A stretch of DNA of 64,000 nucleotides from assembly GCA_043783485.1 (NCBI GenBank), contig JAYVZI010000037.1, positions 5,813 to 69,812 on the forward strand, read 5' to 3'. The stretch is from Bacteroidota bacterium (GTDB taxonomy: Bacteria > Bacteroidota > Bacteroidia > Flavobacteriales > Flavobacteriaceae). Of this stretch, positions 19,407 to 30,411 are shown in pieces. The notes below the pieces were generated by a model. That model was not told the DNA's origin and did no database searches. It saw only the letters and a program-made list of their open reading frames with translations. The position numbers were made by a program, and so were the translations under genes. Every line of letters begins with the position of its first letter. Position 1 is the first letter of the stretch.

Positions 19407-20039
19407 TTATTTATCGTCAGAAATATATGTTTTGTTTCCGTTTTTGTTGATGTAATATCTACCTCCTCTTGGTCCTGTAAATACTTTTTTACCGTTGTAT
19501 TCGCCAGTTACTTTGTCGGCTACTTTTTTCTCAGCAGCTTTTGAAGCAGGAGTTTGTTTTAAGTTTTCTTTTTCTTCGGCAGCTGTTGCTTTTTTTACTT
19601 TTGCTTTTGGAGTCGCAGCTGTTTCTTTTTTAACTTTCTCTACTTTTGCATCAGCTACTTTTTTAGTTTTTGTAATTTTTTCAGTTGCATCAACTTTAGT
19701 TTTGGCTGCTTTTTCCTCAGTTGTTTTTTTTACTTTAGCAACTTTTTCTTTAGGTTCGGCTTTTATTTTATCCGCTTTTTCTTTTTTAGCATCTGCGGCT
19801 TTTTGTTTTTTAGCATCCGCTTTTTCGGCTTTGGCTAAATCAGCTTTTTCTTTTTTTGCTGCTGCTGCTTTTTCTTTTTTTGCTGCTGCTTTTTCTTCTT
19901 TTAGTTGATCTGCTTTCGCTTTTTTTGCAGCGGCAGCTTTTTCAGTTTTAGCTTTAGCTTTTTTCTCGGTAGCTGTTTCTTGTGCGTAAAAGCTATTAGA
20001 AAAAACAAAAATCAAGCATAATAACATTAATTTCTTCAT
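19407..20039 (-). CDS. Secreted Lys/Ala-rich protein with C-terminal basic adaptor-like motif
   Basis: Signal peptide, (A)AAKKEKA repeats, C-term YNGKKVFTGPRGGRYYINKNGNKTYI resembling the PBCV-specific basic adaptor domain. Confidence 0.7.
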   Translation of the reverse strand: MKKLMLLCLIFVFSNSFYAQETATEKKAKAKTEKAAAAKKAKADQLKEEKAAAKKEKAAAAKKEKADLAKAEKADAKKQKAADAKKEKADKIKAEPKEKVAKVKKTTEEKAAKTKVDATEKITKTKKVADAKVEKVKKETAATPKAKVKKATAAEEKENLKQTPASKAAEKKVADKVTGEYNGKKVFTGPRGGRYYINKNGNKTYISDDK

Positions 20040-20134
20040 GGGTACAATTTTTTAAAATTTTTAAATTCAATATAAATGTAATAATTTTTTTATTACAATC
20101 AATTTTTATCAAAAATAAAGCCAATTTTTTTCTT

Positions 20135-23100
20135 TTAAAAGAAAGCCCTCAATTGCACATTTCCTGTATGAATGGTTTTGCTGGTTTCGGATTTTCGTCC
20201 TTGATAATTAATGTTTATATCTAAATATTGCGTTAAGTTTTTTTGCAAAAGCAAGCGCCAAGTCAGGTTTTTTCCAGCCTGCAAGCCTTCTAACATCTGG
20301 AAAGCAACTGGCGATAACTGATCTCCAACAAAATTATTATTGTACAACGAAAATTCTCCATTAGTAGAAAAACTTTTAGAATTTGCATAACTAAACGAGG
20401 TTCCAAACCTACTTTGTTTCAAAGTTTCGAGGTTTCCAATTGTATTTTTTTTATCCTGAAATTCATAAAAAACATCTAAACTTGCATTTTTTGTAAACAA
20501 ATACGAAATTTTTGGAGCCAACTGAAACCCTTTTATTTCGAAATTCCTGCTTGCATAATTCTCCGAAACCGTTGCTGATTTTATGGTTTTTCCGTTTAAA
20601 CCAAAAAGCCAAGTTTGCACGACCAAATGTGCATATTGTAATTGATGCGAACTCGAAAAATTTTCTAAACTCCCAACAGAAAGTAAGTTTTTTGCTCTAT
20701 TGTTCAAAAAAGTATAAGTAACGGAATGCCTTTGTTTTCCGCGATTGTAAAACAAACTATTTCTGAAATTAGAATTCAAACCTAATAAATCATCTGAATT
20801 TTTGAAAGGATTTAAATCAAAATTATCAGAATTTCGGACTATTTTTCTTTCCATTAAAAACGAAGTTTGATTGTAAAAATAAGACAGTAATTTTCTGAAA
20901 CCCTTTTCGTTTTGCCAAATATTTGGATTTAAAACAACGGATTGTGAAAACTTATTTTGATGCGTTTTTATAAAAATTTGATTGGGCAAAAACACACGAA
21001 CATATTTGGCTTGATCAGGAAACGGAGCAACTTCAAACTCCTGCAATTCCTGAATTCCGTTACCGTTATAATCATTCCAAGTATAAACTCCTTGTCCAGG
21101 CTGCACCTCTAAATACGTAAATTCCTGCTGCGGAATTGCTCCAGATGTAGTCTCGAAAGCAGTTGTGGATTGCACCAAATCATGAAAAAATCTATCATTA
21201 TACAACAATCTTGAGTTTAGCGAATTTTCGTTTTTTATTAATGGATTTTTATATTTTAAAGTGCGATAATTCACAAAAATCGATAAATCACTTTTTTCGG
21301 TTTGAATTAATTTCGACTTAACATAATAGGAATTAGATTTGTTTACGCGTTGCAAAATACCAGACTGCAAACTGTCGTTCGCTCTTTTTAGAAAACCCAA
21401 TTCTACAAAAACTTTAGTAGAATCTCCACGACCAATAAAGGTTCCGAACTCAGTAAATTTTTGGGTTAATGCCGAAAATTGATTGGTCGAAACTAATTTT
21501 TCGTTATTATTTTCGGTTCTAAAACTCGAACCAATCCAATTTTTATGGAAATGATATCGAAGCTGCGAATGGTTTCTCAAAAATTCCGATTTTGCAAAAT
21601 CGCCATCGCTTTGCAAGTAACTTCCTTGATTCTGTATCGAGAAATTTTTTAATTTAAACAATCCATCAATTACATGTCGGTTTCCCGAAAAACTATTCGA
21701 AAAATCTAGTTTTTCAAATTGATAGGTTAGTTTTCCTTTTTTTGGTAATTCGAAATTTAATCCAGTAATCAGGTAACTTTGGTTTCCCGAAAAATTGGTT
21801 AAATTCCAATCTCGATTAAATTCGATTGTAAAAAGCCTTTCTATTGTCGAGAAATTTTTCTGTACAAATTGGTAATTTCCAAAACCATCAATTTGCCATT
21901 TTTTGGAAGATAATCGTTGTTTGAAATTTATTTTTCCAGCCAAACCTTGATTATTCGAATCATCTAAACCAGAAAAAAGATTTTTGTCATTATTGCTAAG
22001 ACCAATTTCGAAATCTACCGAAGTTTTTTCCGATGGATTAAATTTTCCTAAAACGGTTGCAATTTGAATTTTTGTTGGCGCAACTAATCTAGTAATGGGT
22101 TCATAATTTCCTTGTGGAATCCCTAAAACTGGAGCAATATATTGATAAATTTTTCCAATTGCCGAGGAATTTTTTAAGGTATAATTTCCTAAATTATTTC
22201 CAACCAAAGTAAATTTTACATTATACAATTCATCTGTTGAAACATTGGAATATTCGAAATAATTTTCGGTTCCAGAGATGATTTTTTTATATAAAATTTT
22301 GTTTGCAGAATAGGAATCTAAAAAGGCAGATTGCGAAAACATCAAGTTTTGATTGTCGCCAGCATTGGCTAAAATTTGCGCTTGAGCTGCAGATAAATTT
22401 TGTTGCAAAGATTGATTTTTTACATCATTTTCCGAATACAAATAGCCGCCAATGCTCCATTTTTTGCTTTCGTGAGTTGCTCCGGCATAAGTTAAAAAAC
22501 GAGTATAATTTCTGTCGGAATATTGATATTCGATTACAATTCGCATTTCGGAAGTTATCGGGAAAAGCGAGGTAAACTTAATTTCTCCGGCATTATAATC
22601 AATAGTATAATCATTGTTTTCGCCCCGTTTTAGCAAAATTCCATTTACATAAACGCGCTCTGATCCAGAAATTACCAAAACATACAATTCTCCGTTTGTT
22701 CCTCGCAATTTATATGGTCCTTGATTGCCTTCCTGACCTGTAAAATTACTTTTTGCGTATTGACCGCGAACCAATGCGCCTGAGGCAAAAACGGTTGTTT
22801 TATTTTCGGGAGTTCCAAAAGTGAAATTGGTCGATAATCCTTGAACTTTTTTGTTGAAATTCATGAATTTTGAAGTCCTGTTTTCCAGAAATAAATCGCC
22901 TGCACGAACATTCCATTTATCCGAAAAAAGCTCAATAAAAAGCTGATCGAACTCATCTAATTTCTGAGAATATCCGCCGTTTTGCAACGGAATATTACTG
23001 TCTTGAATCGAAGCTCGTAAACTCACTTTATCCGAAATTTTTCCTGTAATTTGAAGATCAAGATTAGAGTTTACAACGGCATTTTGATTGTTTCCCACCG

Positions 23101-23542
23101 TAATTCCTCGCGTAATACTTCCTGATGTGTTAAGTCCATCAAAAGGAACAAATTTTCTGGTAGTTTCGGTCTGTAATTTGTATAAATTGGTTTGCCCGTT
23201 TTCGTTACTAACCACTCGACTTGCATCGTAAATAGTATATTCTTTGGTCAAATAATCAGGAAGTTGAAGGTAATTTACAATTACTGTATCTGGAGTTTCT
23301 AGAAAATTATCTTTAAAAATTAAAGTTCCTTTTTTGAAATTTACTTTATAAAAAGAGGAATCAATCGGAATATTTTTTTGGTCAAAAATCTTAAAAAAAC
23401 TTTCGTTAATACTTTTGTTTTCTATTAAGATAGTGTCTTTTGAAAAAACAATTTTTTTGGATTTGTATGGCGCATTTATTTCCTGAGCTTGTAGTCCAGA
23501 AAAACTCCCGATAATCAACCAAAAAAGTATTTTTTTAAACAT
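20135..23542 (-). CDS. Large outer-membrane protein of unknown function
   Basis: 1135 aa, signal peptide, beta-strand pattern, YTIDYNAGEI motif, C-terminal QLRAFF. Confidence 0.75.
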   Translation of the reverse strand: MFKKILFWLIIGSFSGLQAQEINAPYKSKKIVFSKDTILIENKSINESFFKIFDQKNIPIDSSFYKVNFKKGTLIFKDNFLETPDTVIVNYLQLPDYLTKEYTIYDASRVVSNENGQTNLYKLQTETTRKFVPFDGLNTSGSITRGITVGNNQNAVVNSNLDLQITGKISDKVSLRASIQDSNIPLQNGGYSQKLDEFDQLFIELFSDKWNVRAGDLFLENRTSKFMNFNKKVQGLSTNFTFGTPENKTTVFASGALVRGQYAKSNFTGQEGNQGPYKLRGTNGELYVLVISGSERVYVNGILLKRGENNDYTIDYNAGEIKFTSLFPITSEMRIVIEYQYSDRNYTRFLTYAGATHESKKWSIGGYLYSENDVKNQSLQQNLSAAQAQILANAGDNQNLMFSQSAFLDSYSANKILYKKIISGTENYFEYSNVSTDELYNVKFTLVGNNLGNYTLKNSSAIGKIYQYIAPVLGIPQGNYEPITRLVAPTKIQIATVLGKFNPSEKTSVDFEIGLSNNDKNLFSGLDDSNNQGLAGKINFKQRLSSKKWQIDGFGNYQFVQKNFSTIERLFTIEFNRDWNLTNFSGNQSYLITGLNFELPKKGKLTYQFEKLDFSNSFSGNRHVIDGLFKLKNFSIQNQGSYLQSDGDFAKSEFLRNHSQLRYHFHKNWIGSSFRTENNNEKLVSTNQFSALTQKFTEFGTFIGRGDSTKVFVELGFLKRANDSLQSGILQRVNKSNSYYVKSKLIQTEKSDLSIFVNYRTLKYKNPLIKNENSLNSRLLYNDRFFHDLVQSTTAFETTSGAIPQQEFTYLEVQPGQGVYTWNDYNGNGIQELQEFEVAPFPDQAKYVRVFLPNQIFIKTHQNKFSQSVVLNPNIWQNEKGFRKLLSYFYNQTSFLMERKIVRNSDNFDLNPFKNSDDLLGLNSNFRNSLFYNRGKQRHSVTYTFLNNRAKNLLSVGSLENFSSSHQLQYAHLVVQTWLFGLNGKTIKSATVSENYASRNFEIKGFQLAPKISYLFTKNASLDVFYEFQDKKNTIGNLETLKQSRFGTSFSYANSKSFSTNGEFSLYNNNFVGDQLSPVAFQMLEGLQAGKNLTWRLLLQKNLTQYLDININYQGRKSETSKTIHTGNVQLRAFF

Positions 23543-23632
23543 AAATAGTATAACGCTGGGAACTGAAAAGTAGTATTTTTATAATATTTTCGGCTTGATA
23601 TTTTGTTTAAATTTCTTTTACAAATTTAGATT

Positions 23633-24151
23633 TTACAAATCAATTTTCATTAGTAAATCCGTTTGCTCGTCGGTTCCTAAAGTAAAAATGTGTTTGTCGA
23701 AAATATAAAAACCATTTTTTTCGTAAAATTTCAATGCTTTAAAATTATTTTCCCAAACGCCCAACCATAAATATTGAGCTTTGTTATTTCTGGCAATTTG
23801 TAATGCTTTTTCTAATAATAATTGCCCGATTTTTTTTCCATAAAATTCATTTAAAACATAAATTCTTTCTAATTCTATTGTTTTTTTATCTTGGATTTCG
23901 GTTTGTGCTTCTCCGAAATTAACTTTCAAAAAACCAATAACTCTTTCCTCAAGAAAAGCCAAATAAAATTCCGAAAGCGGATTATTTATTTCTAAAGTTA
24001 AGTTGGCTTTCGAGAAATTTTCGGCTAAATAATCCTTCATGTTTTCCTCGGAATTGGTCGATGCAAATGTTTCGGAAAAAGTAATTTTCCCAATTTCGAG
24101 TACACTTTCCCAATCATTTATAGTTGCTTTTCGGATTTGAATCGTTTCCAT
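23633..24151 (-). CDS. GNAT N-acetyltransferase (PaiA-like)
   Basis: ELERIYV..GKKIG, WLGVWENN..A.KFY.K.GF. Confidence 0.88.
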   Translation of the reverse strand: METIQIRKATINDWESVLEIGKITFSETFASTNSEENMKDYLAENFSKANLTLEINNPLSEFYLAFLEERVIGFLKVNFGEAQTEIQDKKTIELERIYVLNEFYGKKIGQLLLEKALQIARNNKAQYLWLGVWENNFKALKFYEKNGFYIFDKHIFTLGTDEQTDLLMKIDL

Positions 24152-25408
24152 TTAGTTTTCCTTGGTTACAATTTGCATGGTTTCGCGGCTCACTTGTTTG
24201 AGCAAAACGTTTTTGTTTTCCTCGACCATTTTTGCAGCATTTTCATCAAAATGTCGAATTGTATATAGAGAAACATTTTCGTTATAGGAAACTTTGAATT
24301 TTTTGGAAAGAAGGTTTTTTAATTCATTAAAATTCCCAAATTTATCATCTACACAAACCGAAAAACTTATAGCCGAATTCTGAATCAGACTCACTTTCAT
24401 TTTGTATTTATGCAATAATCCAAAAATTTCGCTAATGTTTTCTTCCATTATAAACGAAAAATCTATGGAGGAAAGCGAAACCAATAACTGATTTTTTTTG
24501 ACAATAAAACAAGGTAAATGCGGTTCTAGATCTTCGCCTTTTGAAACGCTTGTTCCAGGTAATAAAGGATTTATAAAGGATTTTACATAAAGTGGAATTT
24601 CCTTTTTTTGTAAAGGTTGCAGGGTTTTAGGATGAATTACACTTGCTCCATAAAAAGCCAATTCAATAGCTTCGCGGTAGGAAATTTGGTTTAGTAAAGT
24701 TGCATTTTCAAAATATCTTGGATCGGCATTCATCACTCCGGGAACGTCTTTCCAGATGGTAACACTTTCGGCATTAAGGCAATAGGCAAAAATGGCTGCG
24801 GTATAATCCGATCCTTCGCGACCAAGAGTTGTAGTAAAACCGTTTTCGTCGGAACCTACAAAACCTTGAGTAATATTGAGCACTTTTTTCTTAACGTTTT
24901 TTGCAATATTTTTTTGAGTCAATTCCCAATCTACTTCTGCATCACGGTAATTAGAATCTGTTTTTATGAAATTTCGAACATCAATCCAATTGGTTTTTAT
25001 GTTCATAAAATTCATGAAATGCGAAAGAATTGTGGTCGATATTAATTCTCCAAAACTCACGATTTGATCATAAACAAAATTATAATTGGGCGATTTATTA
25101 TGATTTAGGAAATATTCTAATTCAGCGAATAAAGCGTTTACGGCGGTGAAAACTTCATTTTTTTCGTCCTCGAACAAATCCATCAAAATCTGATTGTGGT
25201 ACTTTTTTACTTCTTGAACCGATGATTGCAGGGCTGCCGATTTTTCGAAATAGTCTTTTATAACAATTTCCAAAGCATTTGTGGTTTTTCCCATTGCCGA
25301 AACAACTAGCAAAACATCCTCATAACCTACTTTTTGCAAAACATCATAAACATTTTTTATACCATCGGCATCTTTTACAGAAGCGCCACCAAATTTGAAT
25401 ATTCTCAT
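24152..25408 (-). CDS. lysC: Aspartate kinase
   Basis: FKFGGASV, VVSAMGKTT, TTLGREGSDYTA, DVPGVMNADP. Confidence 0.93.
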   Translation of the reverse strand: MRIFKFGGASVKDADGIKNVYDVLQKVGYEDVLLVVSAMGKTTNALEIVIKDYFEKSAALQSSVQEVKKYHNQILMDLFEDEKNEVFTAVNALFAELEYFLNHNKSPNYNFVYDQIVSFGELISTTILSHFMNFMNIKTNWIDVRNFIKTDSNYRDAEVDWELTQKNIAKNVKKKVLNITQGFVGSDENGFTTTLGREGSDYTAAIFAYCLNAESVTIWKDVPGVMNADPRYFENATLLNQISYREAIELAFYGASVIHPKTLQPLQKKEIPLYVKSFINPLLPGTSVSKGEDLEPHLPCFIVKKNQLLVSLSSIDFSFIMEENISEIFGLLHKYKMKVSLIQNSAISFSVCVDDKFGNFNELKNLLSKKFKVSYNENVSLYTIRHFDENAAKMVEENKNVLLKQVSRETMQIVTKEN

Positions 25409-25417
25409 CTTAAAAAA

Positions 25418-25897
25418 TTAGGATTTTTGATTATTTAAAAAAACTTCGATTCCATTTTCGTCCATTTGAGCAACAAGCCAATCTTTTAGGACTTTTGCCC
25501 CAGATTTTTCGTAAAAATTAATTGCGGGTGTGTTCCAATCCAGAACATTCCATTCAATTCTGCGCACATTATCTCTTTTTCCTTGAGCCATAATTTCGGA
25601 ATAAAGCGCAAAACCGCAACCCGAACCGCGCATTTTTTCTTTCACAATAAGATCTTCCAGATGAATTGTTCTGCCTTTCCAGGTCGAATATCGATGATAA
25701 TAAAGTGCCATTCCCACAATTTCATCATCCATTTCGGCTACAAAAGTATGAAATAACGGATTTTCCGAAAATCCATCGCGCTCTAAATCCGCAACAGTAA
25801 CCACAACCGCATCTGGTTCTTTCTCAAAAATGGCCAATTCTTTTATTAATCCTAAAACTGCTGGCATATCGCTTTTTAAACCTTTTCTAATTTTCAT
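25418..25897 (-). CDS. GNAT N-acetyltransferase (diamine acetyltransferase-like)
   Basis: IKELAIFEK, YSTWKG..LEDL.V, VLDWNTPAINFY. Confidence 0.88.
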   Translation of the reverse strand: MKIRKGLKSDMPAVLGLIKELAIFEKEPDAVVVTVADLERDGFSENPLFHTFVAEMDDEIVGMALYYHRYSTWKGRTIHLEDLIVKEKMRGSGCGFALYSEIMAQGKRDNVRRIEWNVLDWNTPAINFYEKSGAKVLKDWLVAQMDENGIEVFLNNQKS

Positions 25898-25904
25898 ATT
25901 TCTT

Positions 25905-26017
25905 GGAGCTTTTTCCCGCTATCCGTTGCAATCTGCCATTGCGAGAAAGAAATTCGTCTTAAGATTGAATTTCTAGGATTGTCGCAATAACAGGATTTTC
26001 ACTACTATCGGGGCTAG
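25905..26017 (+). repeat. Intergenic modular repeat, copy A (MITE/REP-like)
   Basis: GGAGCT..CCCGCTATCCGTTGCAATC-[hairpin]-AGGATTTTCACTACTATCGGGGCTAG; flanks shared with 33840, 36490 and 38364. Confidence 0.75.
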
Positions 26018-26128
26018 TTGGTAAACATTATAAAACAAATATACAAATCCCATAAACTATTCCGCAAAAAACGTTTCAATTTCACAAAATAACCGATATT
26101 TGCGCAAAATAACTACATCGATTTCGCA

Positions 26129-27148
26129 ATGGAAGAACGCAACAAAACCCTTGGAGAGTTTATTATCGAAAACCAAAACGCTTTTCAATATTCCTCTGGA
26201 GAATTATCCCGAATTATAAACTCGATTCGGTTGGCAGCAAAAGTGGTCAATTATAAAGTAAATAAAGCGGGTTTGGTAGATATAGTTGGTGCCGCTGGAG
26301 AGCAAAATATTCAAGGCGAAGACCAACAAAAGCTGGACGTTTATGCCAACGAAATTTTTATACAAACCTTAATAAATCGCGAAATTGTTTGCGGAATTGC
26401 CTCCGAAGAGAACGATGATTTTATTACAGTTTCGGGTTCGGACAATAGCAACAATAATAAATATGTTGTTTTGATGGATCCTTTGGACGGTTCCTCAAAT
26501 ATTGATGTAAATGTTTCGGTAGGAACCATTTTTACAGTTTACAGACGAATCACTCCAGTTGGAACTCCAGTAACAATAGAGGATTTTCTTCAGCCAGGAA
26601 TCAATCAAGTGGCAGCTGGATATGTTATTTACGGAACATCTACAATGTTGGTTTACACAACTGGTCATGGCGTAAACGGATTTACATTGAACCCTGCAAT
26701 TGGAACTTTTTATCTATCGCATCCCAACATGAAATTCTCCGAGGACGGAAATATTTATTCCATAAACGAAGGAAATTATGTTCATTTTCCGCAAGGAGTA
26801 AAGGATTATCTCAAGTATTGTCAGCTCGAGGAAGGAGATCGCCCCTATACATCGCGTTACATAGGAAGTTTAGTTTCTGACATTCACCGAAATATGATTA
26901 AGGGCGGAATTTACATTTATCCAACCAGTTCCAAATCACCAAAAGGGAAATTACGATTGTTGTACGAATGTAATCCAATGGCGTTTATAGCGGAACAAGC
27001 AGGCGGAAAAGCCTCTGATGGTTTTGGACGAATCATGGAAATACAACCGAATGAACTTCATCAACGGGTTCCTTTTTTCTGCGGAAGCTATAATATGGTC
27101 GAAAAAGCAGAGGAATTTATGCATAAAGCAAAGCTCAGCAAATACTAA
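26129..27148 (+). CDS. fbp: Class 1 fructose-1,6-bisphosphatase
   Basis: [30 protein letters not shown]. Confidence 0.96.
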   Translation: MEERNKTLGEFIIENQNAFQYSSGELSRIINSIRLAAKVVNYKVNKAGLVDIVGAAGEQNIQGEDQQKLDVYANEIFIQTLINREIVCGIASEENDDFITVSGSDNSNNNKYVVLMDPLDGSSNIDVNVSVGTIFTVYRRITPVGTPVTIEDFLQPGINQVAAGYVIYGTSTMLVYTTGHGVNGFTLNPAIGTFYLSHPNMKFSEDGNIYSINEGNYVHFPQGVKDYLKYCQLEEGDRPYTSRYIGSLVSDIHRNMIKGGIYIYPTSSKSPKGKLRLLYECNPMAFIAEQAGGKASDGFGRIMEIQPNELHQRVPFFCGSYNMVEKAEEFMHKAKLSKY

Positions 27149-27156
27149 TATATACC

Positions 27157-27187
27157 AAAAAAGCTTCTCGATCGAGAAGCTTTTTTT
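27157..27187. terminator. Bidirectional terminator
   Basis: AAAAAAGCTTCTCGATCGAGAAGCTTTTTT. Confidence 0.75.
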
Positions 27188-27204
27188 ATATAAAATAAGG
27201 AATA

Positions 27205-27636
27205 TTATTTATTCATATGTTGCATTTCGAAAAGGAAAGTATCTAAATCGACATCTAAAACCAATAACGACAATGCTTTATCTACAATATAATGCACGTT
27301 TCCCGGAGTAAAACCTAGTGCTAATGCAAATCGAGTTAGGATTTCTTTTTGTTTTGGACCCAAAATATGATCCGCATAAACCATTCTTGACAAATCGAAC
27401 AAACGTTCTAATCGTTGTGAATGTAAATATGGAGGATTGATAGGATATTTTAGTGGGTTTTCTAATATCTCAGCATATTCTGCAGCCGAAATTTCTAATC
27501 TTACAGCTAGTTTGTCTAAGAAATCTTTTTCTTCTTTGCTCAAATCACCATCTGCAATTGCAACGCGAACGATTGATGAAAAATGACCTTTGTTTCTGCT
27601 TTTGAACTCGCTATCAAATAAATCTGAAAATGACAT
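27205..27636 (-). CDS. TerB-family protein
   Basis: VAIADGDLSKEE and MVYADH duplicated TerB-like motifs. Confidence 0.75.
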   Translation of the reverse strand: MSFSDLFDSEFKSRNKGHFSSIVRVAIADGDLSKEEKDFLDKLAVRLEISAAEYAEILENPLKYPINPPYLHSQRLERLFDLSRMVYADHILGPKQKEILTRFALALGFTPGNVHYIVDKALSLLVLDVDLDTFLFEMQHMNK

Positions 27637-27798
27637 AATTATGTTTGTTTTATTTAGACTACAAATGTAAATTTATTTAGATTATTAATAAAATTATTTT
27701 CTAGATATTAATTTTTATTATTTATGTTAAGGATTTGGAACAATTTTTCAGAATAAAAAAATAAATTGTAAGTTTACATTCCCTAAATCAGAAGAGTT

Positions 27799-28392
27799 AT
27801 GTCAGAGTTTTGGATTTACTACGAAATTGGATTAAGACACGTTCTTAATATTCATGCTTACGATCATGTTTTGTTTCTAATAGCACTAACGGTTCCTTAT
27901 GCTTTCAAAGATTGGAAACGCTTGCTGTTACTCATATCATTATTCACAATTGGACATACTTTAGCGTTGCTTTTATCTGTTTTTGGAGTTGTTTTTATAA
28001 AAGTAAATTTTATAGAATTCCTGATTCCGATCACCATTTTGATCACCGCAGTTTTTCATTTATTTACGGCAGGAAAATCATCTAAAACAGAAAGTATAGG
28101 AATTATTGGATTTATAACGTTGTTTTTTGGAATAATTCACGGATTGGGATTTGCAAATTATTTCAAAACCATTCTTGGAGGATCACCACAATCCAAACTA
28201 ATTCCGTTGGGAGAATTTGCATTGGGAATAGAATCTGCACAAATTGTTGTTGTTTTTGTTGTTTTAATATTGTCATATATAGTACAAACCGTTTTTAGAT
28301 TCTCTAAACGCGACTGGACTTTGGTCATGTCCTCCTTTATAATAGGAGTAGTTTTGCCATTAATAATCGACAGCCCAATCTGGAAAAGATAA
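27799..28392 (+). CDS. HupE/UreJ-family membrane protein
   Basis: H....YDHVLFL, FTIGH, FGIIHGLGF. Confidence 0.85.
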   Translation: MSEFWIYYEIGLRHVLNIHAYDHVLFLIALTVPYAFKDWKRLLLLISLFTIGHTLALLLSVFGVVFIKVNFIEFLIPITILITAVFHLFTAGKSSKTESIGIIGFITLFFGIIHGLGFANYFKTILGGSPQSKLIPLGEFALGIESAQIVVVFVVLILSYIVQTVFRFSKRDWTLVMSSFIIGVVLPLIIDSPIWKR

Positions 28393-28394
28393 TC

Positions 28395-28823
28395 ATGGAA
28401 AAAACAAAACAAAACAAATATGATAAAGCTTATCTCAGGATTGCAAAGGAATGGGGGCAACTTTCCTATTGCAAGCGCAAGCAAGTTGGAGCAATTATTG
28501 TTCGCGACCGAATGATTATTTCCGATGGATATAACGGAACGCCATCTGGTTTCGAAAATTGTTGCGAAGACGAGGAAGGTTTAACACGTTGGGACGTACT
28601 TCATGCCGAGGCAAATGCGATTTTAAAAGTAGCACGATCAACCCAAACTTGCGAAGGGGCAACATTGTACATCACGCTTTCACCATGCAAGGATTGTAGT
28701 AAACTCATCCATCAATCGGGGATAAAAAGAGTGGTTTACAAAGATGGTTATCGCGATACTTCGGGAATAGATTTTCTTGCAAAAGCAGGAATTATAGTAG
28801 AACAAATTGAGGTTTTAGAATAA
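28395..28823 (+). CDS. dCMP deaminase family protein
   Basis: GYNG.P, HAEANA, SPCKDC. Confidence 0.92.
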   Translation: MEKTKQNKYDKAYLRIAKEWGQLSYCKRKQVGAIIVRDRMIISDGYNGTPSGFENCCEDEEGLTRWDVLHAEANAILKVARSTQTCEGATLYITLSPCKDCSKLIHQSGIKRVVYKDGYRDTSGIDFLAKAGIIVEQIEVLE

Positions 28824-28830
28824 CATTGTA

Positions 28831-30402
28831 ATGAAAATCAGATCTATATATTTTCCAATTCTAATATTTTCGTTTTTAGCGTTGGGGATTTATATTGGAA
28901 AATTTCTTGATTTTCCTGTCGATACGGCATCGATTTCTAAAAACAATCACAAAAACAAGCTCAATAAACTCATCGATTTTATCAATAATGAATACGTGGA
29001 TAATGTAAACACAGATTCGATTGTAGATACAACCGTAGATAATATTCTTGCCAAACTCGATCCACATTCGGTTTATATTCCGTCAAACGAACAAGAAATA
29101 GAAGCCCAAAGTATGAAAGGCGATTTTGTGGGGATTGGCGTAAACTTTTATATGTACAATGATACCGTTGCGATTATAAAACCAATAGAAAACGGTCCAG
29201 CAGAAAAAGCAGGATTACTTGCTGGCGATAGGATTTTGTTCGCCAATAAATTTAAATTATTTGGCAAAAAAATATCAAACGATACCTTGTTTTCCAAACT
29301 CAAAGGAATAGAAAACTCATTAGTCGAGCTTACCATTTACAGAAAAAATATTCACAAAACTTTAAAAATAAAGGTAAAAAGACAAGTTGTACCCATAAAA
29401 AGTGTAGATGTTTCTTTGCTTCTAAATCCAACAACAGGTTACATAAAAATAAATCGTTTTGCAGAAACCACTTATGATGAATTTAAATCTGGCTTAGACA
29501 AATTGCAAAAACAAGGTGCCAAATCTTTAGTGATTGATCTTAGGGATAATGGCGGAGGATTTTTAGAAATTGCTTCAGAAATTGCCGACGAATTACTCAA
29601 AGACAAGCAACTAATTGTTTTCACAAAAAATAAAAAAGGTCGAATAGACAAAACTTTTGCAACCAATAAAGGAAGTTTCGAGACAGGAAAAGTATCTGTT
29701 TTAATTAATGAAAACTCCGCATCGGCAAGCGAAATTTTGGCAGGAGCCATTCAGGATAATGACCGCGGAACCATAGTTGGTCGGCGTTCCTTTGGGAAAG
29801 GATTGGTACAACGCGAAATGGATTTTGATGACGGTTCCGCAGTTAGATTAACAATCGCGAGATATTACACGCCAACCGGGCGCTCAATCCAAAAGCCATA
29901 TAATAAAGGAAAAGAAGAATATTTCAAGGATTTCGATAAGCGTTTTGCCAGTGGCGAATTGTACAAAAAAGACAGTATAAAAGTAAATGATTCTCTAAAA
30001 TTTAGAACTCCAAAAGGAAAAATTGTTTTTGGCGGCGGCGGAATTGTGCCAGATATTTTTGTTCCTCTCGAAGGAAAACATGGCGACGAAGGTTTAAATT
30101 ACTTGTTGCAATCTGGAATTATTGGACATTTTGTTTTCGAAAAACTGGATAAAAACCGAAACGATTTCATTGGGATTACTTTTGAGCAATTGATTTCTAA
30201 AATGGATAAAAACGACATTTATTTCAATGATTTTCAGAGATATTTATCCAAAAACGGACTCGAATTAGATTTGTCTAAAAGCAAGTTTTTGGTAAAACGT
30301 TTTCTTACAGCGGAATTGGCACGACAACTATTTGATGAAAATAAATACTATCAAATTGTTCTCAAAGAAGATGCAATGATTAAAAAAGTAACCGAAAATT
30401 AA
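28831..30402 (+). CDS. S41-family C-terminal processing peptidase
   Basis: LDPHS, PDZ GIGV, DLRDNGGG, SASASEI, FGKG.VQ. Confidence 0.93.
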   Translation: MKIRSIYFPILIFSFLALGIYIGKFLDFPVDTASISKNNHKNKLNKLIDFINNEYVDNVNTDSIVDTTVDNILAKLDPHSVYIPSNEQEIEAQSMKGDFVGIGVNFYMYNDTVAIIKPIENGPAEKAGLLAGDRILFANKFKLFGKKISNDTLFSKLKGIENSLVELTIYRKNIHKTLKIKVKRQVVPIKSVDVSLLLNPTTGYIKINRFAETTYDEFKSGLDKLQKQGAKSLVIDLRDNGGGFLEIASEIADELLKDKQLIVFTKNKKGRIDKTFATNKGSFETGKVSVLINENSASASEILAGAIQDNDRGTIVGRRSFGKGLVQREMDFDDGSAVRLTIARYYTPTGRSIQKPYNKGKEEYFKDFDKRFASGELYKKDSIKVNDSLKFRTPKGKIVFGGGGIVPDIFVPLEGKHGDEGLNYLLQSGIIGHFVFEKLDKNRNDFIGITFEQLISKMDKNDIYFNDFQRYLSKNGLELDLSKSKFLVKRFLTAELARQLFDENKYYQIVLKEDAMIKKVTEN

Positions 30403-30411
30403 GCCAAAAAA

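Noticed and set aside
19495-19908. 137-aa Phe/Ala/Ser-rich ORF on the + strand
   Set aside because: Antisense shadow of the Lys/Ala low-complexity gene; its composition is the complement of AAA/GCA codons.
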